32,263 nt of DNA from a bacterium (GTDB lineage Bacteria > Patescibacteriota > Minisyncoccia > UBA6257 > 2-01-FULL-56-20). The notes under the pieces are model-generated. The model saw only the letters and a program-made list of their open reading frames with translations, had not been told where the DNA came from and ran no database searches. This document shows, one piece after another, positions 32,171 to 32,263 of the stretch; within the stretch, counting starts at the first letter, position 1; every line of letters starts with the position of its first letter. The position numbers and the translations under genes were made by a program. Location of the stretch: contig DAICZW010000002.1 of NCBI GenBank assembly GCA_027310965.1, positions 14,108 through 46,370 of the forward strand, given 5' to 3'.

Positions 32171-32263
32171 GTCGTCCCCCGAAGGATGGGATCCATGCTC
32201 CCGATCCGAAGATTTCAAAGCGCGGATCCTCGCCCTGTGGAGTGGCGGCTTCGCCTACTCCAC
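32171..32263 (+). repeat. family 1 doublet with cassette Z, truncated by window end
   Basis: GTCGTCCCCCGAAGGATGGGATCCATGCT / AAGCGCGGATCCTCG-CCCTGTGGAGTGGCGGCTTCGCCTACTCCAC. Confidence 0.8.

Noticed and set aside
1868-32263. Palindromic repeats as a CRISPR array
   Set aside because: They are dispersed and degenerate, with no regular spacers and no cas genes.

Overview
Chromosomal window (genetic code 11) most consistent with a Patescibacteria/CPR, Parcubacteria-like genome; this is inferred from gene content, protein variants and the lack of Shine-Dalgarno motifs. Genes in order: uppS, rpsU, yqeY, ybeY, ftsA, ftsZ, a GT39/ArnT-like membrane glycosyltransferase, a hypothetical protein plus a membrane-anchored VirD4/VirB4/HerA-like ATPase, hicB-hicA, pgk, a DHH phosphoesterase, RNase HI, a CdaA-YbbR fused diadenylate cyclase, a fused zwf-gnd, PGI/PMI, a PLD nuclease, a DUF4258-like protein, YbhB, an ECF sigma factor, argS, ileS, a PAS histidine kinase, infC (ATA start), two membrane proteins and a compact tmRNA with a probable integrase remnant beside it. 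The most striking features are: (1) a dense set of small palindromic elements (about 15 TGTC/CGTC-type copies whose loops carry interchangeable cassettes, a second TAGG-ended family, and 7-nt repeats), some inserted in frame inside proteins including IleRS; (2) a 40-bp palindrome found twice with compensatory changes, next to rpsU and infC, plus a relative upstream of ftsA; (3) an IleRS with a GIHH signature and an inserted histidine-phosphatase domain with intact catalytic motifs; (4) a G6PDH-6PGDH fusion; (5) widespread apparently leaderless transcripts. All assignments come from motif recognition by eye; no database search was run.
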